From: Octopus sinensis
Taxonomy: Eukaryota
DNA length: 64,000 bases
Assembly (NCBI RefSeq): GCF_006345805.1
Contig: NC_043013.1
Span: forward strand, 38,254,001-38,318,000
Direction of reading: 5' to 3'
Part shown: one piece after another, positions 1-11,525 of the stretch
How positions within the stretch are numbered: position 1 is the stretch's first letter
How the letters are laid out: each line of letters opens with the position of its first letter
Made by a program: the position numbers and the translations under genes
The notes under the pieces: generated by a model
The model's input: only the letters and a program-made list of their open reading frames with translations
What the model was told of the DNA's origin: nothing
Database searches by the model: none

Positions 1-685
1 GATTCAAAGAATAATAGTGGCCAGAAAACAGAGACCAACCATTTTGCTCTTGGTATATGCCGTTTCTTACGTATTACCATCACCAGTGTGCTTTCTCTTC
101 TATTTCTTGCTGAACAGAGAATACGTCCCTTACCTATATTAGCTTAACAACTCGGACCTTAGAAAGACGTTTACTCAAGATTGACTCAAATATTACTCTT
201 CTTTCTCTACATTCCCTTCTCTGTTCGAGTGCTACTCGGAGAAATTCATAAGCCTTTTGTAACAGATGTACATCATTGCACTTTTAAGCTCGTCAGCAAA
301 ACTTCTTATCAGCAAAGATACCATATAGACGAGAACAAACTGTGTCCGTAATACAATTGTTTCTGTATAAGTATGCGAGTTATATATATATATATATATA
401 TATACATATACGTATAAATATATATACATATATACGCAAACATACTCACGTACGTATAAATACATACACACATGTACGTATACGCCCATACGCACACACA
501 TATATATGTTTGTGTAAAAGCGTGTGTGTGTTTGTATGTGTGTGCGCGTGTGCATGTATGTCTGTGTGTGCGTGCGCGCGCGTGTGTGTGTACACATATG
601 TAAACAAAATGTGTACTTTCCATTTACGTGTTTGATCGAACAAATATACACTAACTGCAATACAATTAAAGTTGAGCTGCTCGGC

Positions 686-875
686 TACTACTACTACTAC
701 TACTACTACTACAGCTACAACTACTACTGGTGGTGGTGGTGGTGGTGGTGGTGGTGGTGATGATGATGTTGGTGGTGTTAGTGGCGTTGGCTGATAATGT
801 TAGTGGTCGCTCTTTGTATTTCATTGTAAATTTGGCAGAGGTGTTGGTTATAATGATGGCGACGACGACGACGAC

Positions 876-915
<40 letters not shown>

Positions 916-930
916 GATGGTGGTGGTGGT
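686..930. repeat. Compound trinucleotide microsatellite (CTA/GGT/GAC/GAT)
   Basis: Directly visible tandem triplet runs. Confidence 0.9.
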
Positions 931-1462
931 GACAGCAGTGGCAGTGATGATATGGGGAGGCGGCTGGGTGCAAGAAACATGCGCTAGACTATGGCGGGGG
1001 CCAGTTAGGTAGGATGGATGGTGCTGGCGGTGTTGAAGGCGGTGTTGGTAGCGAAAAGGCTGTGACCAAATAAAAGGCAATGGTGAAAATAGGACTTTTG
1101 GTAAAGACAGGTGAAATATTTTGCTCTGTTTACCAATAAGTGACCTGGAAATTAGAGAACACTCAATTACTGTTTATAAACACCCTTTCGATAGTCAGAA
1201 GGAGGGCGGGATGAAGAAGATATGAAAGAGTGTTAAGGTGTATGAATAAGGGAGAAAAAGGGGAGAAATGTAGAGGAGATGAGAGTGGAGAGGGAGAATG
1301 GGCGTGTGTATTTGTATGTGTGTGTGAGAGAGAGAGAGAAAGAGAAAGAGAGTGTGAATTGTTGAGTGAGTGAGGAGTGCTTGTGTGAAGTAGAGGGTTG
1401 TGTAGGAAGGAAGGGATGTTACACAAAGCGAGATGAATAGCTAGATATACATGTGTCTGTGT

Positions 1463-1494
<32 letters not shown>

Positions 1495-1588
1495 TTATAT
1501 GTATATGTATGTAATATCTATTTATCTGTCTTGTTCTTTCTCTTACGATTTCTTTCTTCCCTTCTCTCTGTCTGAATATACGTGTGTA

Positions 1589-1620
<32 letters not shown>

Positions 1621-1621
1621 T

Positions 1622-1915
1622 CTTTTATTCTTGTATTTGTTTCAGTCGTTTGACTGCGGCCATGCTGAAGCACCGCCCTTTTAGTCGAACAAATCGACCC
1701 CTGGACTTATTCTTTGTGAGCTTATAACTTAATTTATCGATATCTTTTGCCGAACCTCTACAATACGGGGACATAAACACACCAACATCGGCTGTCAAAC
1801 GATGATGGGGGTACAGATACACACACAAATACACACACACACATATATATAATATATATATATATATATATACGACGGGCGTCTTTCAGTTTCCGTCTAC
1901 CAAATCCACTCAAAA
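1622..1915 (-). mobile_element. SINE family A, 5'-truncated copy
   Basis: Reverse complement of the family A body and tail (GGCGGTGCTTCAGCATGGCCGCAGTCAAACGACTGAAAC). The head is missing. Confidence 0.85.
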
Positions 1916-1963
1916 AGTTCTCTATCTATCTGTCTCTCTGTCTATCTATTTATCTGATAGATA

Positions 1964-2528
1964 AGTTTCTTTATTGGCCACACAGGGCTGCACACAGGTG
2001 GGACAAGTTACAAGGTAGAGCTTTTCTTTTGGGGGATGAAAAAAACAAAAAACAAAAGAAACAAAAAAAAGAAAGAGGTGGCGTAGGTTTTCGATCAAAA
2101 GGGATCGTAAAAGGAAAAAAAGAACAAAAAAGGAAAAGAAAAAAGAAAAAAGGAAAAGGAACAAAAGAAAAGAAAAATGAAAAAAGAAGAAAAAAGAGGA
2201 AAAAAAGGGGAAGAGGAAAAAGAAAACGATCAATAGGGATCGTGTATCACGGTGTCATGATGTATGGTGTAAACGGGAAAGCAAGTAAGGTTTATCCGTG
2301 GAAAGAAAAGCCTACGAAAAAGACCACGGTAACCTTGGTCAATATTGTTATATGTTACCACATTTGTTTTCAAGTGGGTAACGCTCTGTTTTCAATTTCT
2401 GGGTTCATAGGATTATGCTCAAGGTGGCTTCGTCATTCATACGTGCCATCCTTGCTACATAAACCCATCATTTTTAAAAACATTCGCTAGACAAAACTTG
2501 CCTCTCTACTCTCACTTTCCTTTTCAAA
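1964..2528 (-). mobile_element. L1/Tx1-like LINE 3' end (ORF2 C-terminus plus pyrimidine-rich 3'UTR) inside (TATC)n
   Basis: The minus strand reads LKRKVRVERQVLSSECF..WVYVARMARMN, then a T/C-rich UTR ending CCAATAAAGAAAC. TATC repeats flank both ends. Clade assignment is by motif recall only. Confidence 0.55.
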
Positions 2529-2550
2529 GATAGATAGATAGATAGAAGAT

Positions 2551-2646
<96 letters not shown>
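2529..2646. repeat. (GATA)n microsatellite
   Basis: Direct tandem array. Confidence 0.95.
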
Positions 2647-2647
<1 letters not shown>

Positions 2648-2884
2648 GGTGCTGTACTCTTTCACCATAAATTTCTCTCAGTTTTTTTTTCTGCTTCTGT
2701 TGTACCTGTATCTCGAAGGGACAGCCTTGACACATTCTATGTCTCGCTAAATCTTCTCAAGAACTACGTTGAAGGTACGCGTGTCTGCGGAGTGCTCAAC
2801 CACTTCCCCGTTAATTTCACGAGCAGCTGTTCCGTTGATCGAATACACTGGAACCCTCGTCGTCGTAACCGACGGAGTGCCACG
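2647..2884 (+). mobile_element. SINE family B, 5'-truncated (tail-1)
   Basis: Matches the body and tail of 18799-19177 (GGAACCCTCGTCGTCGTAACCGACGGAGTGCC). Confidence 0.85.
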
Positions 2885-2955
2885 TTATATATATGATATA
2901 TATGTGTGTGTGTGTTTGTATATATATAATATATATATAATATATATATATGTAG

Positions 2956-2987
<32 letters not shown>

Positions 2988-3014
2988 TATACACATATAT
3001 ATATACATATATAC

Positions 3015-3046
<32 letters not shown>

Positions 3047-3788
3047 ATATATATGTATATATATATATATATATATACATATATGTAAGTTTTATGAATG
3101 TATGCATATATGTATTACGTATGTGTACATACATGCATATATAACACGCAGGAGGAAGGGGAGGATGTTCTTCCTGTGGAGTTGAGCCCCTGTGGTGCAA
3201 AGGAGCTATGAGAGATGATTTATTCCTCTTTACAGCGAACGAGGGAGTCAGGATGGCTCCTGTGAAAATATAGTCTGAACACAGACAGGTGTTGTAGTCA
3301 ATTACTGGTAGAGCAGAAATGGTGCAAGACCGGATTGCCCGGCGGTCAGCCAAACGGCGTACCGTTTGGCCGCTTTACAGAGAAGGACAGAAAAGCAGGA
3401 GATGCAGTAAATAACGTTGCTATAAATGCAGGTTAAGGAGTCGGTGATATGATAGGGATGACAATAGGTGCCTGTGAGGATGGTGGCGTTATAGAAGTAG
3501 GGGCAAGTGTAGGAGCGTGAACGGGAGCAGAGGAACAAGCCAGGTTGGGAGGCAGGGTTAGGAAACAAACTGAGGACCAGGAGATCACGCAGGTTGTGGG
3601 CTCGTTTGAAGGAAGGAGTGGGTAGGTTGAGAAGATGTGTATGGTAGAGGGGTCGGACTGGAGTCGCCAGAAAGTTCGGAAAATGATACGTTGAAGGGGC
3701 AGAGTGGAGGGATGGTAAGTGAGCAGAAATGAGAAACGGTCAACGGCAAGGCGGGTGCGGAGAGAGAGAACGGAAAGTGCTCTGGCGA

Positions 3789-3996
3789 TATAGCTCTATA
3801 TTTAAGAGATGAGTAGTTATGTACATTCTTTACAGTATTTACATTTGACGGATATTTGTCCTCATCTTGTTTGTTGTTAACAAAACGTTTCGGCTGATAT
3901 ACCCTCCAGCCTTCATCAGGTGTCTTGGGGGCGGATTTCGAACGTTGTGTTAACAGCAAACAAGATGAGGACAAATATCCGTCAAATGTAAATGAT
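3789..3996 (-). mobile_element. Headless copy of the hammerhead-bearing SINE with an internal inversion, nested in the PLE
   Basis: 12-bp TSD GTGCTCTGGCGA (3777-3788 and 3997-4008). Homologous to 48747-48860. Has 53-bp inverted arms at 3837-3889 and 3941-3993 with 2 mismatches. Confidence 0.85.
3879..3924 (-). ncRNA. Minimal type I hammerhead ribozyme motif (Penelope-type)
   Basis: GACAC-CUGAUGA-A-GGCUG..CAGCC-GAAA-CG-UU-UUGUU. The core is intact; the first stem I pair is mismatched in this copy. Confidence 0.7.
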
Positions 3997-4902
3997 GTGC
4001 TCTGGCGAGGGCTGTGTAGATAGTAGTAACGTGATATCCACGAAGGATCAAGTGGCGAGCCATGAGTTGAGACAGAGTCTCAAATTCATGGTTGTCATTG
4101 CAGAGCCCGCGCTGACGGATGAACTGAGAGTAGGGGATGGAGAGCTTGGTGTGGGTAGGGTAGGAGGAGGAGAAGTTGAGATATGAGTGCGAGTCAGTGT
4201 GTTCGTAGTGGATGGAGGTAGTGAGAGTGGAGTGGTATATGTTGACTGGAATGTCGAGAAATGCGATGGAAGTGTTGGAAACAGTGCAGGATGGAAGGAT
4301 GGAAGGATCGGACAAAAGAGTGGAAGGAGTCTATTTGTACGCGGGAGAGCGAGGTCGCACCGATACAGTCATCAATATAACAACCGTATGGTTCGGGAGT
4401 GGGACCGGTGAATCGGGAGAATATTTGGGCTTCAACGTAACCAACGAACAGGTTCGCATAATTTGGGGTCTATTCTCGTTTCCGTGGTCACTCCAGGGTA
4501 CTGTTGTTAACAAGAAATAAACCCGCGAACGAGAAGAACTTGAGTGAGAGAACAAGTTCAGCCAGACGAAGAAGTGTGAAGGTGTCCGGTTGTGGGGGTT
4601 GGGTCGAAGATCTAGGAAGTATTAGAGTGCAAAAAGTCCTTCGTTGTGTGGAATCCCCGTATATATAGACTCTTGATATCAAGAGTGAATAGATGTTTAG
4701 AGCGACCAGGATAGGGAGGAAGGGAGGAAGGGAAGAAGGGCTTAGAATCTCAGCTAAATGAATCAGTCTAAAAGATTTACAAATTTCTATACAGATTAAT
4801 CTCTGTTTCTCTCTCAGTATATGTCGGCTCAACTATGTGTCTATTAATGAATATATGTTTGCTCTCAACACTTTACTCTGTTTTTCTCTAAACGTATTTA
4901 CT

Positions 4903-4973
<71 letters not shown>

Positions 4974-5181
4974 TTTTTTCTCTCCGTCCTTCTCTTTGTC
5001 TCTCAATATCTGTAGCTATGCATATGTGTATGCTTATGTATTTGATTATTTGTATAAGAGTATACGAGCATGTATATGATAAAATATATATATATAGGAT
5101 TGTGTGTTTACACACGCATACACATACACGCACAAATACACATATATATTATATTTATATAATGTTTAGACATATATATAA

Positions 5182-5229
<48 letters not shown>

Positions 5230-6075
5230 AGTGTATATATATATATATTATATAAAGTGTATATATATATATATGTAGGTGTATATGCATGAATACGTTT
5301 GTATTGTATACTTGTATATATGTTTGCGTGTATATATATATATATAATATATAATATATATATATATTATATATATATATATATATTATATAGAATATTA
5401 TAGGTGTATATGTATATCTGTGCTTATATATACCCGTACACACGTACACGTTTATAAATATTTAGTTAGGGTGTTGCCTTTATTTTTCCCATTGCATATT
5501 TAACAAACTCACATTTCTCGCTGTTGTCTTTGTCAATGTTAAGCTTGTTCTTTATGCGTCGGTTGTAGAGGTGAATATAGCTTAATATTGTTTTGTTGCT
5601 GCGTTTGTTGTCTTTTTATTCTTTTCTTTTCTTTATTTGCTGTATAATTAATGTCCGTGCTTTGTGATCGTGATGTTGTGTGTTAGTGGTGGTATTATAG
5701 CTGCTAATCAGCATTGTTCGCTTCAATATATATTATATATATATTATATATATATTATATAATATAATATATATATATATATTATATATATATTATATAT
5801 ATATGATATATACATATATATGTATGTATATATATATGTGTGTGTATAATATGTATATGTGTATATAATATGTATGTATATATATGTATGTATGTATATA
5901 TATGTATGTATGTATATACATGTGTATATATAATATATTGTAATATATATTATACATATGTATATATATACATATATATATATATATATACATATATACA
6001 CATATCTATATATATATACATATATATATACATACATACATATATATATACACATATATATATATATATATATAT

Positions 6076-6487
6076 TCTCTTACTCTTTACTCTTTTACTT
6101 GTTTCAGTCATATGACTGCGGCCATGCTGAAGCACCGCCTTTAATCGAGTAACTCGACCCCGGGACTTATTCTTTTGTAAGCCCAGTACTTATTCTATCG
6201 GTCTCTTTTGCCGAACCACTAAGTAACGGGGACATAAACACACCAGCATTGGTTGTCAAGCAATGCTAGGGGGACAAACACAGACACACAAACACACACG
6301 TATACATATATACATATATACATATATACGACAGGCTTCTTTCAGTTTCCGTCTACCAAATCCACTCACAAGGCATTGGTCGGCCCGGGGCTATAGCAGA
6401 AGACACTTGCCCAAGATGCCACGCAGTGGGACTGAACCCAGAACCATATGGTTGGTTAGCAAGCTACTTACCTCACAGCCACTCCTA
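6076..6487 (-). mobile_element. SINE family A, full length
   Basis: tRNA-like head (TGGCTGTGAGG A-box; GGTTCAGTCCC B-box), CTTGGGCAAG motif, internal (TA)/(TG) repeat, and (GTAAAAGA)-type tail. Confidence 0.9.
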
Positions 6488-6511
6488 CATATATATATAT
6501 ATATATGTAAA

Positions 6512-6698
6512 CTACTTATACATAAATGGCAATTTCTGTCTGTCGATCTGTTTGTTAACATCTTGCTGCCTACAACAGTGAGCCAATCTTGACGAAACTT
6601 TGCATCCTTGTTAAACTAACAACCAGTTCAATTATAGGCTAATTCGATTTCAATAAAAATCTATAATAGGTCTCCTGGTGGAGCTGGGCTAACACTTG
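6512..6698 (+). mobile_element. Possible non-autonomous Helitron/Helentron-like remnant
   Basis: Starts CTACTTATACATAAATGGCAATTTCTGTCTGT and contains CCAATCTTGACGAAACTTTGCAT, which resembles DINE-1-like elements. Decayed. Confidence 0.3.
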
Positions 6699-7098
6699 AT
6701 AAAATGAGAAGGGTGCAAAGAGTGCTAGTGTGAGTGAAATGTGATAGCATATTGTGTGTGGCTGATATCAAGGAAGGGGAGAACAGCGTTATGTAAAAGA
6801 CAAATATGGAGTGTCAGTGGGTTTGTAACGTTAATACAGCTGTTTTTCACGGATATACACGCAACGCTGCATATATACTTTCGTAAATACATAGATACAT
6901 GCATACACACAAACACACACACAGACACATGCTGCATGCACACACACACACACACACATGCACATAGACATAAGTAACTTTTAAAACGCCGAGGAAGGGA
7001 AAGAAAGGTGGGTGTGAGGAATACGTAGCCATAAGGAGAAAAGGAGTAGGTATATATAATATTGACAGCTGTTGCAATGTTTTACCAAAAAAGGAAAC

Positions 7099-7434
7099 TA
7101 TAATTATCAATAGATATGACTAGGCTGTTAGAACATCTACATTGCTTGAAATAATGCTGTAGTTAAAGCACATAATTGTATAACTATGTACTGACAGGGA
7201 CCGTAATTGTCCGAAACCACCGGTCGAGAATTCTCTATACTGATCGGTCAGTTTCGACTAACTCCGTAGACTCGTCAGTAGGAACCGCTCGACCGGTGCT
7301 TTCGGGCGATTACGTTCCTTGTCATTACATATGTTTACAATTATGTGTTTTAACTATAGCATTGGAGCTTCTTAGCTCTTATTTCTAGCAATGTAGGTCC
7401 TCTAACACCATAGTCATATTTAGTGGCAATTATA
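7099..7434. repeat. Long imperfect inverted repeat (fold-back element) with a hammerhead at its apex
   Basis: Arms 7099-7228 and 7288-7434 align by hand at roughly 85% identity, plus a 17-nt insertion. Both ends terminate in TATA. Confidence 0.9.
7231..7284 (-). ncRNA. Complete type I hammerhead ribozyme (GUA cleavage site)
   Basis: UUCCUA-CUGACGA-GUCUACGGAGUUAGUC-GAAA-CUGA(CCGA)UCAG-UA|UAGAGAA. All core residues are present and stems I, II and III can form. Predicted cut is between 7238 and 7237. Confidence 0.85.
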
Positions 7435-7467
7435 TATATAATAGTATGTGTGTGTGTGTGTGTATAG

Positions 7468-7745
7468 TTAATCCAAGCATCAGAACACAAAGGGAAAACA
7501 CAACAACGAGAGGACGTAGAACAATTATAGTTTTATTGGACGCTCAGGAAAGGAAAGAAAGAAGGAGGATTTAACGTTTCGAGCGGAGCTCTTCGTCAGT
7601 AAAAGAAAAGATCCCAAGGAAGGAAGACGGGGGAAAAATCCCCAACGATACACACGCGGTCACATATTGAATGTGTGTGTGTGTGTGTGTGGATCTTTCT
7701 TTTTATGACGAAGAGCTCCGCTCGAAACGTTAAATCCTCCTCTCT
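7468..7745. mobile_element. Penelope-like terminal fragment with an inverted pair of minimal hammerhead motifs
   Basis: 7563-7614 and 7691-7741 are inverted copies carrying (C/A)UGACGA-A-GAGC-UCC-GCUC-GAAACGUU. The fragment sits among TA/TG repeats. Confidence 0.65.
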
Positions 7746-7802
7746 TAGTGTGCATGTTATACATATACACACACACACAACACACACCACACACACACAT
7801 AT

Positions 7803-7847
<45 letters not shown>

Positions 7848-8296
7848 TAGACATACACACACACAATATGAAAATTTAGGCGACATGAGAGGTGAATATA
7901 TTAACTAATTGTCATCGTGGGATTTACAGCTGTCTTGCACCCTTCATTACGTAATAATAATTTAAGTGTATAACTCATTATTTTACATGCTTGCACTAAT
8001 ATGCTTGCTACGCATTATACAATTCAATAATATATTTACAAATTAGGGCAGATACAGAAAACTAGCTCATCAGATCACCTGAACATTGTGGTTACTCCAA
8101 TGCTTTAATTTTAAGTATATATACAAAATTTACTCTTTATATTTACAATGTATGGAAGAGGAATGCCAGATAATATTTAAGGTAATTAAAAATATGTAGA
8201 GATAAATATATTTTGCTTTGTATTAAGGTGCTGGATCTGAGTTTAAGAAATTGAGCATACTTAATGTTAACAAAACATAAGGGATATGTGTGAAAA

Positions 8297-8732
8297 GGAG
8301 AGGTTGCGTAGCAAGTAGCTTGCATACCAATTACATAGTTCCGGGTTCAGTCTCAGTGCGTTACACCTTGGGCAAGTGTCTTCTACTATAGCCTTGGACC
8401 GACCAAAGCCTTGTGAGTGGATTTGGCAGATGGAAACAGAAAGAAGCCCGCTGTATATATATATATGTGTGCGTGTGTGTGTGGTGTGTGTGTGTGTGTG
8501 TGCGTGTGTGTTTGTGCGTGTTTGTATGTGTGTGTCTGTCCCCCCCACCATCGCTTGACAACCGATGCTGCTGTGTTTACATCCCCGTAACTTAGCGGTT
8601 CGGCAAAAGAGACCGATAGAATAAGTACTAAGCTTACAAAGAATAAGTCCTGGGGTCGATTTGCTCGACTAAAAGCGGTGCCCCAGCATGGCCGCAGTCA
8701 AATGACTGGATGAAGTGAAAGTAAAAGAAAAG
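8297..8732 (+). mobile_element. SINE family A, full length
   Basis: Colinear with the other A copies. Confidence 0.9.
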
Positions 8733-8936
8733 ATAGTAACGAAGAACAGTTATGTTTCTGGTTTATTTACTCCTCATGAAATAATTTCATCGATCTGATC
8801 AGGATTTCAGCCGAATAGAACTTTGTATTATACGTTTTTGTACTCGATCATTATGTAGTCTGTTAGCCGGGTCCCCTAAAGAAGCTTTACGTGATAGTCA
8901 CATGACTCTATGAATTCGTGTACTGCACTACAACTT

Positions 8937-8979
<43 letters not shown>

Positions 8980-8997
8980 TTGTGTGTATAAACATAT

Positions 8998-9405
8998 AGG
9001 CGCAGGAGTAGCTGTGTGATAAGTAGCTTCCTCACCAGCCACATGGTTCCGGGTTCAGTCCCAGTGCGTGGTACCTTGGGCAAATATCTTCTACTATAAC
9101 CTCGGGCCGATCAAAGCCTTGTGATTGGACTTGGTAGACGGAAACTGAAAGAAGCCCGTCGTATATATATGTATATGTGTGTGTGTGTGTGTTTGTGCGT
9201 CTGTGTTTGTCACCCCAACATCGTTTGACAATCGATGCTGGTGTGTTTACGTCCCCCGTAACAGCGGTTCGGTAAAGAGACCGATAGAATAAGTACCAGG
9301 CTTACAAAGAATAAGTCCTGGGATCGATGTGCTCGGCTAAAGGCGGTGCTCCAACATGGCTACAGTCAAATGACTGAAACAAGTAAAAGAGTAAAAGAGA
9401 GAAAG
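8998..9405 (+). mobile_element. SINE family A, full length
   Basis: AGGCGCAGGAGT head through AAGTAAAAGAG tail. Confidence 0.9.
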
Positions 9406-10088
9406 AACACAATCTCCGCCGTGTAGTTTCTATCCTGTTTCCCTTTACGCTATACTATTCCACTCCCAAAGTATGAATCGATCGACGAATATAAAGACTG
9501 TTGCTGGAATAATTTTATATACTGTTTATTCAACGGTGAATATGGCAGTAGAGAATTGGTGGTGAAAGCAATTGCGTTCTGGGTCAATTACTGTTGCATT
9601 TGAAATACACATATGTTTCTTCAATGTTTAGGGTCAATAATTAAGACTATCTGAATTAAAATTAATCGTCTCCATATCAATAAGTATAATCGTTTCTCAA
9701 ACCAGTGATTTGTTTACTTCGTGGTAAAAATGATTTTGGTTTCTTTATAGTATAAGGAAGTAATTGTCACCACCATTCAACAAAATTTACGCAAGACTGC
9801 ATGAGTTCGTGTGTCTTCCACACGTGATCAGTGGGGCATCAATTTAGCCCTTGTGCGAGACCCATATCTTAATACTTGGATTGTGACTAAGATTTCCTTA
9901 CGTTACGCTCCCGATATGGATGATTTCAAATGTAAGTCATCAGTCCAGCTAGAATCATTGCAGAGGGTAAAAAAAAACGTGGAAACAGTCAGCATGGCAA
10001 CGATAAAGCCATGTGTGACAGACGGCTCTAGTATTCATATATCTCTTTAAATCTTTGCCTGGATACAGAAAATAAAATGCGTTTCGAA

Positions 10089-10335
10089 TGGTTTAGTAGT
10101 TAAGAAATTAGCGTTGCAACAACGTGGTTTTCAGTTTGATCCCATTGCGTGGTACAGCCTATGCCAGCCACTACTTTGTGAGCGAATGGAAAGAGAGTGA
10201 AAGTTTAATAGATATTTACATATATCTGTGTGTGTGTTTGTTTGTTTGTCCCCCACAACCGCTTGATAACCGGTGTTAGTTTATTTAGCCCCCCTAACTT
10301 AGCGGCGAAACAAAAGGGGCCAATAGAATAATACT
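10089..10335 (+). mobile_element. SINE family A, highly decayed
   Basis: Patchy similarity (CCCATTGCGTGG; CGCTTGATAACCGGTG; TAACTTAGCGG; ATAGAATAA). Confidence 0.55.
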
Positions 10336-10571
10336 AATAGTGACTTCCTCATGGTGGTAAAGATATACTTTCAAAATTACTCAGTATATGACGGTTAGCA
10401 CTAGTAATTATTCCTATTTCACAGAAAATACTTGAATGAAACAGACCCTCAAGAAGAACGAAACCAGGAAATGATTTAACGTGAATTGTTCCAGATTCAT
10501 GGCTAGAACCTCTATGTGGTCGCTTAATATGCCAGAAATAAAAGATAAGTCTCCTTAAATCTCACCATCGT

Positions 10572-10941
10572 GGCACTCCGACGGTTACAACGATGACGAG
10601 GGTTCCAGTTGCCCTGATCAACGGAACAGCCTGTTCTCGTGAAATTAACGTGCAAGTGGCTGATCACTCCACAGACACGTGCACACTTAACGTAGTTCTC
10701 AAGGAGATTCAGCGTGACACAGTATGTGACAAGTCTGGCCCTTTGAAATACAGGTACTACAGAAACAGGAAAAAAGAGTGAAAGAATACAGCAGGGTTCG
10801 CCACCACCCCCTGCCGGATCCACGGGGAGCTTTTAGTTGTTTTCACTCAATAAACACTCACAACGCCCGCTCTGTGAATCGAAACCGCGATCATACAACC
10901 TTCAGTCCACTGCCCTAACCAGCGGGCCACTGCGCCCCCAC
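10572..10941 (-). mobile_element. SINE family B, full length (tail-1)
   Basis: Reverse complement of the B head (GGTTAGGGCAG..GGTTTCGATTC) and tail-1. Confidence 0.9.
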
Positions 10942-11109
10942 AGTTCAAAATTAGTTCATAGTCAATAATACAAAGAAAACTCGTTAATAAATTATTTTTA
11001 TCGTGTTCTGAACGTTGAATTGAGCTTTGGGTCAGATGAGGTCAAACGATCTCAGACTGTCATCTAAGGGCTTGGCTGTGCCTAAGTAATTTGTACTTCC
11101 TTCTTTATA

Positions 11110-11525
11110 CTCTCTTTCCTCTTTTCTCAATTTTACTTGTTTCAGTCATTTGACTATGGCCATGCTGGAGCACCGCCTTTAGTCGAGCAAATCGACCCCA
11201 GGACCTATTCTTCGTAAGCCTAGTACTTATTCTATCGATCTCTTTGGCCGAACCGTTAAGTTACGGGGACGTAAACACACCAGCATCGGTTGCCAAGCGA
11301 TGTTGGGGACACAAACACAGACATAAACATATACACACACACATAAATACATATATACATATATACGACGGGCTTCTTTCAGTTTCCGTTTACCAAATCC
11401 ACTCACGAGGCTTTGGTCGGCCCGAGGCTATAGCAGAAGACACGTGCCCAAGGTGCCACGCAGTGGGAGTGAACCCGGAACCATGTGGTTGGTAAGCAAG
11501 CTACTTACCACACAGCCACTCCTAC
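11110..11525 (-). mobile_element. SINE family A, full length
   Basis: Reverse complement of family A. Confidence 0.9.

Larger units (their letters stand above)
3148..4745 (-). mobile_element. Degenerate Penelope-like retroelement (Neptune-type): RT plus Cys linker plus GIY-YIG endonuclease
   Basis: Frameshifted minus-strand motifs in the expected order: TLLRLAELVLSL; PYGCYIDDCIG (YIDD at 4379-4368); FLDI..TDSHSYLNFSSSYP.HTKLSIPYSQF..RGY; PGLFLCSRSRSYTCPY; LTCIYSNVIYCISC; and C-terminal FAPQGLN. Confidence 0.85.
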
